Shown here: in pieces, positions 9,047 to 22,041 of the stretch
Layout: every line of letters starts with the position of its first letter
How positions within the stretch are numbered: position 1 is the stretch's first letter
From: Bacilli bacterium
GTDB lineage: Bacteria > Bacillota_I > Bacilli_A > RFN20 > CAG-826
Reading direction: 5' to 3'
Length of the DNA: 64,000 nucleotides
NCBI GenBank assembly: GCA_045615665.1
Contig: JAZLFJ010000008.1
Span: 5,254 to 69,253, forward strand
Notes under the pieces: model-generated
The model's database searches: none
The model's input: the letters and a program-made list of their open reading frames with translations, nothing else
What the model was told of the DNA's origin: nothing
Program-made: the position numbers and the translations under genes

Positions 9047-9495
9047 AAATAGTGGAAGCGACGTTAAAAGATTTTGAGCAAATTTGCGAGATTGAACAGG
9101 CGTGTTTTGTTGAACCTTATACTCCTGAGCAACTTATGTATGAATTTAGTGAGAATCCTTTAAATCAAATTCTTGTTGCGTATGACGAAGATAAGATTGT
9201 TGGTTTTGTTGATTACATGATCACATTTAATTCGGCAACAATTTCTCAGATTGCAGTTCTACCTAACTATCGTAAAAAAGGGTTAGGAAGCAAGTTATTA
9301 GAAGAAATGGAAAAGTCATTTCCGAAAGAAATTGATGATGTTGTAGAAACGATCACATTAGAAGTAAGAGAATCAAATATTAATGCTATTTCTTTTTATA
9401 AAAAGAATGGGTATGAAAATGTCGTTATTAAAAAGCATTATTATAAAAATGGTGAAAATGCTGTTTATATGATTAAGAGGTTATTATGTCAATAA
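9043..9495 (+). CDS. rimI: Ribosomal-protein-alanine N-acetyltransferase (GNAT)
   Basis: 150 aa with GNAT motif VLPNYRKKGLGSKLL, lying between tsaB and tsaD. Confidence 0.8.
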   Translation: MKIVEATLKDFEQICEIEQACFVEPYTPEQLMYEFSENPLNQILVAYDEDKIVGFVDYMITFNSATISQIAVLPNYRKKGLGSKLLEEMEKSFPKEIDDVVETITLEVRESNINAISFYKKNGYENVVIKKHYYKNGENAVYMIKRLLCQ

Positions 9496-10496
9496 TACTA
9501 GGTATTGAATCAAGCTGTGATGAGACTTCAATCGCAATCATTAAAGATGGCGAACTTTTAAGCAATGTTGTCGCTACGCAAATTGAGATGCATCAAAAAT
9601 ATGGTGGAGTTATGCCTGAACTTGCTTCTAGACTACACTGCGAAAATGCTCTATTTGTCTTAGACGAAGCTCTTCAGAAAGCCAATATTACTTTAGACCA
9701 AGTTGATGCATTTGCATTTACTAGAGGACCAGGTTTAATTGGTGCGCTTCACATTGGAATGCAAGTAGCTAAAACTCTTGCCATGTTATACAAAAAACCA
9801 CTTATTCCAGTTCATCATTTAGCGGCACATATTTACGCTAATGAATTTGTAAAACCTCTGCAATTCCCTCTTCTTTCTATAGTTGTATCCGGTGGAAATA
9901 CTGAATTTGTTTATATGAAAGAATCGATGGATTTTGAAATTATTGGCGAAACTAAAGATGATGCAATCGGCGAATGTTTTGATAAAGTTGCTAGAACGGT
10001 CGGGCTTCCATATCCAGGTGGTATACCAATCGACAGACTTTCTAAAGAAGGTAAACATACCTATGAGCTACCATTCCCACTGCATGACGACAGTTTGAAT
10101 TTCTCTTATTCTGGACTTAAAACTGCTGTAATAAATTTAGTGAATAATGAAAAAGCTAGAGGAAACGAAATACGAATTCCTGATTTATGTAAATCTTTCC
10201 AAGACGTTGCTATTTCAATGATTATGGATAGATTAGAAAGAGCTTTGAAAAGATACGATATTAAACAAGTTGTTTTAGCAGGCGGAGTTTCCGCGAACTC
10301 TTATCTAAGAGAACAGATGCATAAACGTCTTGATAATACGAATATAGATTTAATCGTTCCACCAATTTGGTGTACGACAGATAACGCCGCGATGATTGTG
10401 CGACTTGCCGAGCATTTATGGAAACTTGGAGTGACTGCTCCAAGCACCATTTCATGCGATCCTAACTGGCGTATTGATAAATATAAAACATTTTAG
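9486..10496 (+). CDS. tsaD: tRNA N6-adenosine threonylcarbamoyltransferase TsaD
   Basis: 336 aa starting ILGIESSCDETS, with the Kae1/Gcp pattern throughout. Confidence 0.95.
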   Translation: MSIILGIESSCDETSIAIIKDGELLSNVVATQIEMHQKYGGVMPELASRLHCENALFVLDEALQKANITLDQVDAFAFTRGPGLIGALHIGMQVAKTLAMLYKKPLIPVHHLAAHIYANEFVKPLQFPLLSIVVSGGNTEFVYMKESMDFEIIGETKDDAIGECFDKVARTVGLPYPGGIPIDRLSKEGKHTYELPFPLHDDSLNFSYSGLKTAVINLVNNEKARGNEIRIPDLCKSFQDVAISMIMDRLERALKRYDIKQVVLAGGVSANSYLREQMHKRLDNTNIDLIVPPIWCTTDNAAMIVRLAEHLWKLGVTAPSTISCDPNWRIDKYKTF

Positions 10497-10516
10497 ATAA
10501 CAGTAATTTACTGTTT

Positions 10517-10525
10517 TGGTATAAT
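10517..10525 (+). promoter_or_regulatory. Extended -10 promoter TGgTATAAT for asnS
   Basis: Exact TGnTATAAT, 24 nt upstream of the ATG. An SD (GAGG) follows. Confidence 0.5.
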
Positions 10526-10549
10526 GTTAAAGATAAAATGAGGTAGCTT

Positions 10550-11953
10550 ATGGAATATCAAGGTGTAACAATTGCCGACTTATATATGTTGGTGTATTCA
10601 GAAGATCCTGAATATAAGAAGATTTTATCTTCTTTAAAGGAAGTTTTTGTTGAAGGTTGGGTTAGAACAAACCGCGATAATGGTTCAATTGGATTCATTG
10701 CTTTAAATGACGGTACTTGTTTTAAAAACTGTCAACTTGTCTATGACGAAAAAGTTGTTAAAGATTATAAAGATTTAAGTCACATCAATACTGGTGCGGC
10801 TATTGCTGTAAAAGGAAAACTTGTCTTAACTCCTCAAGCAAAACAACCATTTGAAATTAATGTCGATGAATTTGAACTTGTTGGTGATGTTGCGGAAGAC
10901 TATCCTCTTCAAAAGAAGGCTCACTCCTTAGAATTCCTACGTGAAATTGCTCATTTAAGACCAAGAGCCAATACTTTCAATGCTGTCTTTAGAATGAGAA
11001 ACGCTATGTCTATGGCAATACACGAATTCTTCCAATCAGAAGGCTTCATGTATGTTCACACCCCAATAATTACCGGTAACGATGCTGAAGGTGCAGGAAA
11101 TACTTTTGGCATTTATACCAATGACAAAAATCCTAAAACCGATTTCTTTGGTAAAGAAGTTGCGCTAACAGTTTCTGGACAACTTCATGTTGAACCATTC
11201 GCTTTAGCGTTTAGAGATGTATACACATTTGGCCCAACTTTTAGAGCGGAACATTCAAATACAACTCGTCACGCTTCTGAATTCTGGATGATTGAGCCTG
11301 AATTAGCATTTGCTGATTTAAATGATGATATGAACTGTATCGAGTCATGTATCAAACATTGCATCGACGTTGCTTTGCATGAATGTAGAGATGAGATGGA
11401 TTTCTTTAATAATTTTATCGACAAGACTTTAAAAGACCGTCTTCATCATGTTCTCCATTCCGAATTTAAGCGCTTAACATACACCGAGGCAATCGAAGAA
11501 CTCAAAAAAGCCCAACAAAACGGCCATAAATTTGAGAATAATAACATATTCTGGGGTATGGATTTGCAATCAGAACATGAACGTTATATTACTGAACAAG
11601 TCATTAAAGGCCCTGTTTTTGTGACTGATTATCCAAAAGAGATGAAAGCGTTCTATATGAGACAGAACGATGATGGAAAAACCGTCGCTGCCTGTGACTT
11701 ATTGGTTCCTTATGTCGGTGAGCTTGTTGGTGGCTCTCAAAGAGAAGAACGCTATGACGTTTTAAAGAAACGTATGGAAGAAGTTGGCTGCCTTAAAGGC
11801 CTTGAATGGTATCTTGATACTAGAAAATATGGTGGCTGTCCACACGCTGGATTTGGTATCGGTTTTGATCGCTTACTAATGTATGTCACTGGTATCCAAA
11901 ATATTAGGGACGTTCAACCATTCCCAAGAACGAGTGATAAAATCAAATATTAA
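10550..11953 (+). CDS. asnS: Asparagine--tRNA ligase
   Basis: 467 aa with class IIb motifs FRAEHSNTTRHASEFWMIEPE and GGCPHAGFGIGFDRL. Confidence 0.9.
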   Translation: MEYQGVTIADLYMLVYSEDPEYKKILSSLKEVFVEGWVRTNRDNGSIGFIALNDGTCFKNCQLVYDEKVVKDYKDLSHINTGAAIAVKGKLVLTPQAKQPFEINVDEFELVGDVAEDYPLQKKAHSLEFLREIAHLRPRANTFNAVFRMRNAMSMAIHEFFQSEGFMYVHTPIITGNDAEGAGNTFGIYTNDKNPKTDFFGKEVALTVSGQLHVEPFALAFRDVYTFGPTFRAEHSNTTRHASEFWMIEPELAFADLNDDMNCIESCIKHCIDVALHECRDEMDFFNNFIDKTLKDRLHHVLHSEFKRLTYTEAIEELKKAQQNGHKFENNNIFWGMDLQSEHERYITEQVIKGPVFVTDYPKEMKAFYMRQNDDGKTVAACDLLVPYVGELVGGSQREERYDVLKKRMEEVGCLKGLEWYLDTRKYGGCPHAGFGIGFDRLLMYVTGIQNIRDVQPFPRTSDKIKY

Positions 11954-11955
11954 TT

Positions 11956-12120
11956 ATGGAAGAAAAACAAACCTTAGAAGAAGTAACTCCTGAAGCTCTT
12001 AAAGCGGAAAAGGAACAAAAAAGCCGTAGAAGAATCCTCGGGCTTTTCGTCATCATTGATATCGCATTATTCGCTATTCTTATTTATGAAATTATCGCAC
12101 TAGCGATGAGCGCACGCTAA
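11956..12120 (+). CDS. Small tail-anchored membrane peptide (54 aa), not in the supplied ORF track
   Basis: My manual translation is MEEKQTLEEVTPEALKAEKEQKSRRRILGLFVIIDIALFAILIYEIIALAMSAR. The ATG is 2 nt after the asnS stop. The peptide has a charged N-half, an RRR anchor and one TM helix. Confidence 0.4.
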   Translation: MEEKQTLEEVTPEALKAEKEQKSRRRILGLFVIIDIALFAILIYEIIALAMSAR

Positions 12121-12122
12121 TA

Positions 12123-12761
12123 TTATTCAGGTTTAATTGGCGAAGACGGTGGAGTTACATTCTCCATCGTTTTTCTAAATGCTTTTCTTGAAAGTTTATA
12201 AATTCTAAATGCCCTTGCAATGTAGCCTTGGACTTGGAACATAAACCAGCTTCCGCCAACAATCATTGATGGCACAAAGATATATGAAACCCATGCTTCA
12301 CCTGAAAGGTGTGGTGAAGAAACAAGTTTTGGCCAAGTAATCGTAAATCCTTCTGAAGTCGAAGTGTAGAACGATGACCAATCGTGAACAAAGAATAAGG
12401 TATTGAACCCTTCTTTTTGTGAATCCCAAATATTATATGACCAGTTCTTGGAGAAGATGAAGTAGAACAAAAGTAGAGTTGAAGCAAACAACATAATTAA
12501 AAATGGAATCCATGCTCTTCTAAAGAATTCACGCCAATTCTTTCTAACGCCAAATAACAATAATTTCTTTTCAGAGGTAATCACGCCTGCCTCAACTACG
12601 TCGTGAAGCATGTCGTCCGCTTTTGCGGCTTGAGACTTCATAATCTTTTTAACTAATAAACCTACATAACCAGCGATGACAAAAAGGAGAATGACCACAA
12701 GAAGGATCACAATGATTAATCTTTTATCATTTTCGGTTAGTTTAATAAGAGACACCATCAT
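12123..12761 (-). CDS. Hypothetical membrane protein (about 3 TM, aromatic-rich loop)
   Basis: 212-aa ORF with no recognisable motif. It overlaps the upstream ORF by 20 nt. Confidence 0.55.
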   Translation of the reverse strand: MMVSLIKLTENDKRLIIVILLVVILLFVIAGYVGLLVKKIMKSQAAKADDMLHDVVEAGVITSEKKLLLFGVRKNWREFFRRAWIPFLIMLFASTLLLFYFIFSKNWSYNIWDSQKEGFNTLFFVHDWSSFYTSTSEGFTITWPKLVSSPHLSGEAWVSYIFVPSMIVGGSWFMFQVQGYIARAFRIYKLSRKAFRKTMENVTPPSSPIKPE

Positions 12762-13155
12762 CCATATCCTCTATTTTATTTTCTTCGCTATCCTGATTGT
12801 TTTCAGTTACAAAATTCTCTTGTGGCTGAACAGGTTCGCTTTGTTGTTGATTCTGTTGAGCATAAATTGTTTGAATAATTTGCATTTGGCTTTGCGTAAT
12901 CGCATCTGCTAATGCTTGAGTTGAGTTCTCTGGTGTAGCGGTTGCTCTTTGCATTAAGATACGTTTTGCCTCGACATCTTCAGGAAGGTCTCCTAAAGGA
13001 GTTCCGCCCATAAAGAAAACAATTATTGATCTAATTGCGATATAGATAAAAACAAAAACACAATATACAGCGTAACCTCCTAGTATTAGCAAAATAATAG
13101 GTAGAGTTACCACATATAATAAGCCTTGAAGAAAGATTTTAATAAAACCAAGCAT
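12742..13155 (-). CDS. Hypothetical membrane protein (2 TM plus a Gln/acid-rich tail)
   Basis: 137-aa ORF with a hydrophobic N-terminal hairpin, then LGDLPEDVEAKRIL and a Q/E-rich tail. Confidence 0.55.
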   Translation of the reverse strand: MLGFIKIFLQGLLYVVTLPIILLILGGYAVYCVFVFIYIAIRSIIVFFMGGTPLGDLPEDVEAKRILMQRATATPENSTQALADAITQSQMQIIQTIYAQQNQQQSEPVQPQENFVTENNQDSEENKIEDMDDGVSY

Positions 13156-13170
13156 ACTGCTTTCCTATTT

Positions 13171-14076
13171 TTATTGTATCTTTTCTTTTTTCTTATTCAA
13201 GTAAGAAAATACGATTGATATTAAACAAATACACGCACTAGTAAAACCGAGTAACAAAAAGCTTGATGCGACTTTCATATATTGATTTAGTGCAGCCACT
13301 AAAATGATATTAACTCCAATCGAAACACCAATTGGGATTAACCACAAATATTTACCTTCATAGATGAACATGAAAGTTTTATAAATTGCAAAATATAAGG
13401 CAATCATTAAAAACAAATAAGCAAAGTCCAACAAGATGAAATAAAAAGGGATAATAAGCAAAGAAATTCCTAAACCAATTCCGCTAGAAATGTTTTCGGA
13501 AATAGTCTTATCAATTTCCTTTATTCCAAACTTTTGTAATTCTTGCGAAACAATCAATTGAGAGAGTGAAACTTGAATAAGAGAAATGACAAAAATAAAT
13601 GAAGGAATCATCGTATCAACATATGTCATTTCCTTTAATCCAAGAGCAGTTTTGAAGGTGAGAATAATATCGACTTGGAAGATGAAATTAACGAGCGGAA
13701 TTAAAGCGTAACTCATAGCTGTTTGTGCGAGAGTTGCGGCGATAATTGACCAAACAACTGGAATTTTATTCTTTGCTAATAGCCCAAAAATATAGCCAGT
13801 TACAATCGAAGGAAGAACATAGAAAATAGTGGTCTCTAAATTCCAAAATGTTAAGGCTAAAGATAAACCAAATGTTGCAACTGCATAAATTGGAAAATAC
13901 CTATCTTTACAGCACAGTTCAACGACCGCCGAAGTCAATGGAAGAACTAAAATTAAGAATAACGAAACAATTGGGGATAGACCCGCTAGCTCGGCAACAA
14001 TGATGTTTATCGCCGCCATCAGTGCCATTAGCGGAATTGATTTAGTTAAGGTCTTTCTTTCGTAAATTAATTTCAT
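13171..14076 (-). CDS. Hypothetical polytopic membrane protein (about 8-10 TM) with two vicinal Cys pairs
   Basis: 301-aa ORF. Its only cysteines are ELCCKD and SACICL. No recognisable family. Confidence 0.6.
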   Translation of the reverse strand: MKLIYERKTLTKSIPLMALMAAINIIVAELAGLSPIVSLFLILVLPLTSAVVELCCKDRYFPIYAVATFGLSLALTFWNLETTIFYVLPSIVTGYIFGLLAKNKIPVVWSIIAATLAQTAMSYALIPLVNFIFQVDIILTFKTALGLKEMTYVDTMIPSFIFVISLIQVSLSQLIVSQELQKFGIKEIDKTISENISSGIGLGISLLIIPFYFILLDFAYLFLMIALYFAIYKTFMFIYEGKYLWLIPIGVSIGVNIILVAALNQYMKVASSFLLLGFTSACICLISIVFSYLNKKKEKIQ

Positions 14077-14117
14077 ACAATTTTCATTATTTTCGCACTT
14101 TTTTCATTTTTCTTCAG

Positions 14118-14123
14118 TATATA
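14118..14123 (+). promoter_or_regulatory. Candidate -10 box (TATATA), 6 nt before the ATG at 14130
   Basis: TATATA at 14118-14123 with no SD sequence. Confidence 0.3.
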
Positions 14124-14129
14124 TTTATT

Positions 14130-14585
14130 ATGAGATGCCGTATTAAATTATTGTTATCAGCTTTGGCTATAGTTCTGACTTCTTGTGTCGATTCAAAAAG
14201 CGAACCTAGTGGAAAAGTAATAACTTATACTTCCTCTTATAAAGAACGTTCCTATGATGAAGTTAAAGATAAGCACGTTTTTTATTCGGATATCTTTTCA
14301 ATTGAATACGACATTTTTTATGTCTATTTTTATTCAACAACCTGCTCTCATTGTAATAATTTAAAAGAATTCATTATTCCATTAGCTTTACAACGTGGTG
14401 ACATTTATTTCGTTGAAGCCTCTCAGGAAATAGTGTTTCTTAAAAGTATCGAAGAAACAATTGGTCTAACATCAATCGAAGGTTTTGGGATTTTAGGCTA
14501 TCCATCTTTAATAAAAATAGAGGAACATATCGTTAAAAAGAATCTAGCAGGAATATTACCGATAAGAAGTGAATTATTAAATTGA
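14130..14585 (+). CDS. Thioredoxin-fold lipoprotein (CxxC)
   Basis: 151 aa. It has a signal peptide with lipobox LTSC (MRCRIKLLLSALAIVLTSC) and YVYFYSTTCSHCNNLKEFI, a Trx-like CSHC active site. Confidence 0.6.
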   Translation: MRCRIKLLLSALAIVLTSCVDSKSEPSGKVITYTSSYKERSYDEVKDKHVFYSDIFSIEYDIFYVYFYSTTCSHCNNLKEFIIPLALQRGDIYFVEASQEIVFLKSIEETIGLTSIEGFGILGYPSLIKIEEHIVKKNLAGILPIRSELLN

Positions 14586-14626
14586 GTAAGCCACATTAAT
14601 GTGCTAAGATATTACATAGTAATAAA

Positions 14627-18840
<4,214 letters not shown>

Positions 18841-18854
18841 TATCAATAATTGTT

Positions 18855-19151
18855 ATGAAAGAATACAATATCGAAGTCTTAAAAGACGCTGCAAATAGAC
18901 TACTACTAGACATGTCCGATTCTGAATATGAAACTCTTCTTTCGGAATTTGATATCGTCACAAAGCAAATGAAACCAATCGGAGATAACCGCGCTCTTGA
19001 TAAATTTGAGCCGATGGTTTTTCCTTTTGAAATTTACACTACTGAATTAAGAGAAGACGTAGCCGAAGAACCTTTATCTAGAGAAGAAGCTTTAAGAAAC
19101 TCTAGAAGAAAAGTCGGTGGACAAATCAAACTTCCAAAGGTGGTCCAATAA
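18855..19151 (+). CDS. gatC: Asp/Glu-tRNA amidotransferase subunit C
   Basis: 98 aa, in position upstream of gatA and gatB. Confidence 0.8.
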   Translation: MKEYNIEVLKDAANRLLLDMSDSEYETLLSEFDIVTKQMKPIGDNRALDKFEPMVFPFEIYTTELREDVAEEPLSREEALRNSRRKVGGQIKLPKVVQ

Positions 19152-19152
19152 T

Positions 19153-20610
19153 ATGTATCGCGGATTATCTATTGAAGAACTTCACAATTTATTAGTGGCT
19201 AAGAAGGTCACTCCTTTGGATCTTGCTAAAGAAGCGATTGAACTCGCTAAGAAAGATACAAATAATGCCTTTGAATACATCATGGAAGAAGAAGCATTAA
19301 AAATCGCTTCCGAATTAAAAGAACCAGAAGTTAATAATCCTCTCTGGGGAATTCCGTTTGTTATCAAAGATAATATGTCTACAAAAGACGTTCCAACAAC
19401 CGCAAGTTCAAACATCTTAAGAGGCTATGTTCCTGTTTTTGACGCAACTGTTGTTACCAAATTAAAAGAAGCACATGCTGTTCCAATCGGAAAAACAACC
19501 CTTGATGAACTCGCTATGGGCGGAACTGGTACGACTGGTCACCTTGGAATTACTTACAATCCCTACGACCGCAAACATACACGTCTTATTGGCGGTTCAA
19601 GCTGCGGATCAGCTGCCGTTACCGCTGATGGAATTGTTCCATTTGCATTGGGCAGCGACACAGGCGACTCCACAAGAAAACCTGCTAGCTATGGTGGACT
19701 TGTCGGGTTAAAACCAACATGGGGAAGAATTTCTCGTTATGGTTTGTTCCCATTTGCTCCATCTTTAGACACAGTTGGAATCTTTACTAGATCTGTTAAA
19801 GATTGCGCTTATGTCTTAAATGCAACTGCAGGAAAAGATGATAAAGATATGACCTCTTCTATTAATAAGATCGATGATTATGCGAGCAATATCGAAAGCT
19901 TTGATAAGAAACGCAAGATTGCTGTCATTCAAGAAATCTTTGATGCCGTTAAGGATCAAGGTTTGCGTAAAGCATTTTTGGATAGCATTGAAAAATTAAA
20001 AAAATCGGGTTTTACCGTTGATTTTGTTCATATGAGCAATGAAATGCTTTCAACAATTTTTGCGACATATTTCGTAATTTCTTGTGCAGAAGCCACATCA
20101 AATAATGCAAATCTCGATGGAATTAAATTTGGACCACTTTCAAAAGGTGATACTTATGAAGATGTTATGAAGGATGCTAGAACTAAAGGTTTTGGTGAAC
20201 TCATCAAACGTCGCTTTATTATCGGTAGTTTCGCTCTTATGAAAGAAAATAAAGACGAATTATTTATTAGAGCCCAAAGAAATAGAAGAGCTATCGTTGA
20301 AAAACTTAATGAAATCTATAAAGACTATGACTTTATTTATTCTTTAGCCGCTCCTAATGTTGCACCTAAATTTGGTGAAGCTAGCGATCGTCTTTCTGAT
20401 GAATATTTAATAGCAGATAATCATCTAGTGTTAGGTAATTTTGCAGGTTTGCCGTCTTTAACTTTACCACTTGGTTTAAAAGAAGGTCTTCCATTTGGAG
20501 TTAATGTAATGGGCAAAGCCTTCGATGAAGTTGGCGTTTTCCAATTGTCTTATCAAATTGAAAAGATGACCGGATTAAAGAATTTATGTGCGAAAGGAGA
20601 ACAAGAATAA
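19153..20610 (+). CDS. gatA: Asp/Glu-tRNA amidotransferase subunit A
   Basis: Amidase signature GGSSCGSAAVTADG...GSDTGDSTRKPA. I moved the start to the ATG at 19153, just after the gatC stop; the ORF-track start at 19117 overlaps gatC. Confidence 0.9.
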   Translation: MYRGLSIEELHNLLVAKKVTPLDLAKEAIELAKKDTNNAFEYIMEEEALKIASELKEPEVNNPLWGIPFVIKDNMSTKDVPTTASSNILRGYVPVFDATVVTKLKEAHAVPIGKTTLDELAMGGTGTTGHLGITYNPYDRKHTRLIGGSSCGSAAVTADGIVPFALGSDTGDSTRKPASYGGLVGLKPTWGRISRYGLFPFAPSLDTVGIFTRSVKDCAYVLNATAGKDDKDMTSSINKIDDYASNIESFDKKRKIAVIQEIFDAVKDQGLRKAFLDSIEKLKKSGFTVDFVHMSNEMLSTIFATYFVISCAEATSNNANLDGIKFGPLSKGDTYEDVMKDARTKGFGELIKRRFIIGSFALMKENKDELFIRAQRNRRAIVEKLNEIYKDYDFIYSLAAPNVAPKFGEASDRLSDEYLIADNHLVLGNFAGLPSLTLPLGLKEGLPFGVNVMGKAFDEVGVFQLSYQIEKMTGLKNLCAKGEQE

Positions 20611-22040
20611 TGGAATTTGAACCTATTATTGGTCTTGAGATCCACGTCGAACTTAAGACAAAGAGTAAAATGTTTTCTACCGCACCTGTTGTATATGGAA
20701 AAGAGCCAAATACGCAAGTGGCTCCTTTAGATATGGCGTTCCCTGGTACTTTGCCTGTTGTTAATAAACAAGCTGTTATCGACGCAATTAGAGTTTGCCA
20801 TGCCCTTCATATGAGTATTGACCAAGAATTACATTTTGATCGTAAAAATTATTTCTATAGTGATCTTCCTAAAGGTTATCAGATCACTCAAGATAAAAGG
20901 CCTATTGGAAAAGAAGGTTATTTGGAAATCGAAATTAATGGCAAAACTAAACGTATAGGTATCGAAAGACTTCATATGGAAGAAGATACTTGTAAACAAC
21001 TTCACTTCTCGACATTTACTTTGCTTAATTATAACCGTGCCGGAACGCCTTTAATTGAAATTGTTTCTAAACCAGAAATGAGATCAGGTGAAGAGGCAAT
21101 GAAATATGTCGAAAGAATTCGTTCAATCGTCGTTTTCTCTGGCGTTAGTGATGGCAAAATGGAAGAAGGCTCATTAAGATGTGACGTCAATGTTTCAATT
21201 CGAGAAAAAGGTAGCGATAAATTTGGCACCAAAGTTGAAATTAAAAACATCAACTCAATTTCTTATATTCAAAAAGCAATCGATTTCGAAGTTGAAAGAC
21301 AAAAGAAATTAATCGAAAGCGGTGAAGAAGTCGTTCAAGAAACACGCCGTTATGATGATGTGAAAAAAGAAACAATTAGAATGAGACTTAAAACCGATAG
21401 TGTCGATTACAAATATTTCCCAGAAGCAAATATTGTTCCAATTCGCTTATCAGATAAATTTGTCAAAGATGCTATTGCGTCTTGCCCAGAACTTGCTGAA
21501 TCAAGAAAAGGAAGATATATCAAACAATTTGGTTTGAATGATTACGATGCTTCCTTGCTTGTTTCTGAAAAATCTATTTCGGATTATTACAACGAGTTAT
21601 GCAAATACTCGAAAGCTTATAAACTATTGGCAAACTGGGTTAATGTTGATGTAGCAGGTTATTTAAATAAGAACAATCTTGCTATTGAAACGTTCCCATT
21701 ATCCGCAGAAAAACTTGCCGGACTTGTAAATATGGTTGAGAAAAATGAGATAAGCTCCAATCAAGCTAGAGAAATTTTTGCCAAGATGTTAGAAGATAAC
21801 GTCGATGCTCAAAAAGCCAAGCAAATACTTGGTATTTCTTCGCAAATCTCCGATGAATCTTATATTAGGCAAGTCGTTGATGAAGTCCTAAAAGAGAACC
21901 CACAAGCAATCATTGACTTTAAAGAAGGCAAAGGACGTGCAATGGGTTATTTAGTTGGACAAGTCATGAAGAAAACTCAGGGAAAGATTAACCCGAAAAT
22001 TACAAGTGATGTTTTGCAAGAGGAGTTAAAGAAAAGATAA
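20610..22040 (+). CDS. gatB: Asp/Glu-tRNA amidotransferase subunit B
   Basis: MEFEPIIGLEIHVEL... is typical of GatB. I chose the start at the TAATG overlap with gatA, where an SD (AAAGGAGA) lies at 20594-20601. Confidence 0.9.
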   Translation: MEFEPIIGLEIHVELKTKSKMFSTAPVVYGKEPNTQVAPLDMAFPGTLPVVNKQAVIDAIRVCHALHMSIDQELHFDRKNYFYSDLPKGYQITQDKRPIGKEGYLEIEINGKTKRIGIERLHMEEDTCKQLHFSTFTLLNYNRAGTPLIEIVSKPEMRSGEEAMKYVERIRSIVVFSGVSDGKMEEGSLRCDVNVSIREKGSDKFGTKVEIKNINSISYIQKAIDFEVERQKKLIESGEEVVQETRRYDDVKKETIRMRLKTDSVDYKYFPEANIVPIRLSDKFVKDAIASCPELAESRKGRYIKQFGLNDYDASLLVSEKSISDYYNELCKYSKAYKLLANWVNVDVAGYLNKNNLAIETFPLSAEKLAGLVNMVEKNEISSNQAREIFAKMLEDNVDAQKAKQILGISSQISDESYIRQVVDEVLKENPQAIIDFKEGKGRAMGYLVGQVMKKTQGKINPKITSDVLQEELKKR

Positions 22041-22041
22041 C

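Noticed and set aside
10497-10549. T-box leader upstream of asnS.
   Set aside because: The intergenic region is only 53 nt and is occupied by a TGgTATAAT promoter and an SD. That is far too short for a T-box (about 200 nt or more), and no T-box consensus is present.
12263-12487. Alternative-frame or antisense ORFs inside confirmed genes (e.g. 477-737, 12263-12487, 12676-12912, 16401-16745, 36780-37154, 42954-43274, 57972-58250, 63355-63570).
   Set aside because: Each is fully nested in a longer ORF with clear family motifs. Their products are compositionally odd (Ser/Leu/Ile/Lys-rich) and lack start-site signals, as expected in AT-rich DNA.
14593-14604. 12-nt perfect palindrome CACATTAATGTG just upstream of the pcrA -10-like TGcTAAGAT, as a possible repressor (SOS) operator.
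   Set aside because: It does not resemble the Firmicute LexA/DinR box (CGAAC-N4-GTTCG). Short AT-rich palindromes are expected by chance in this composition.
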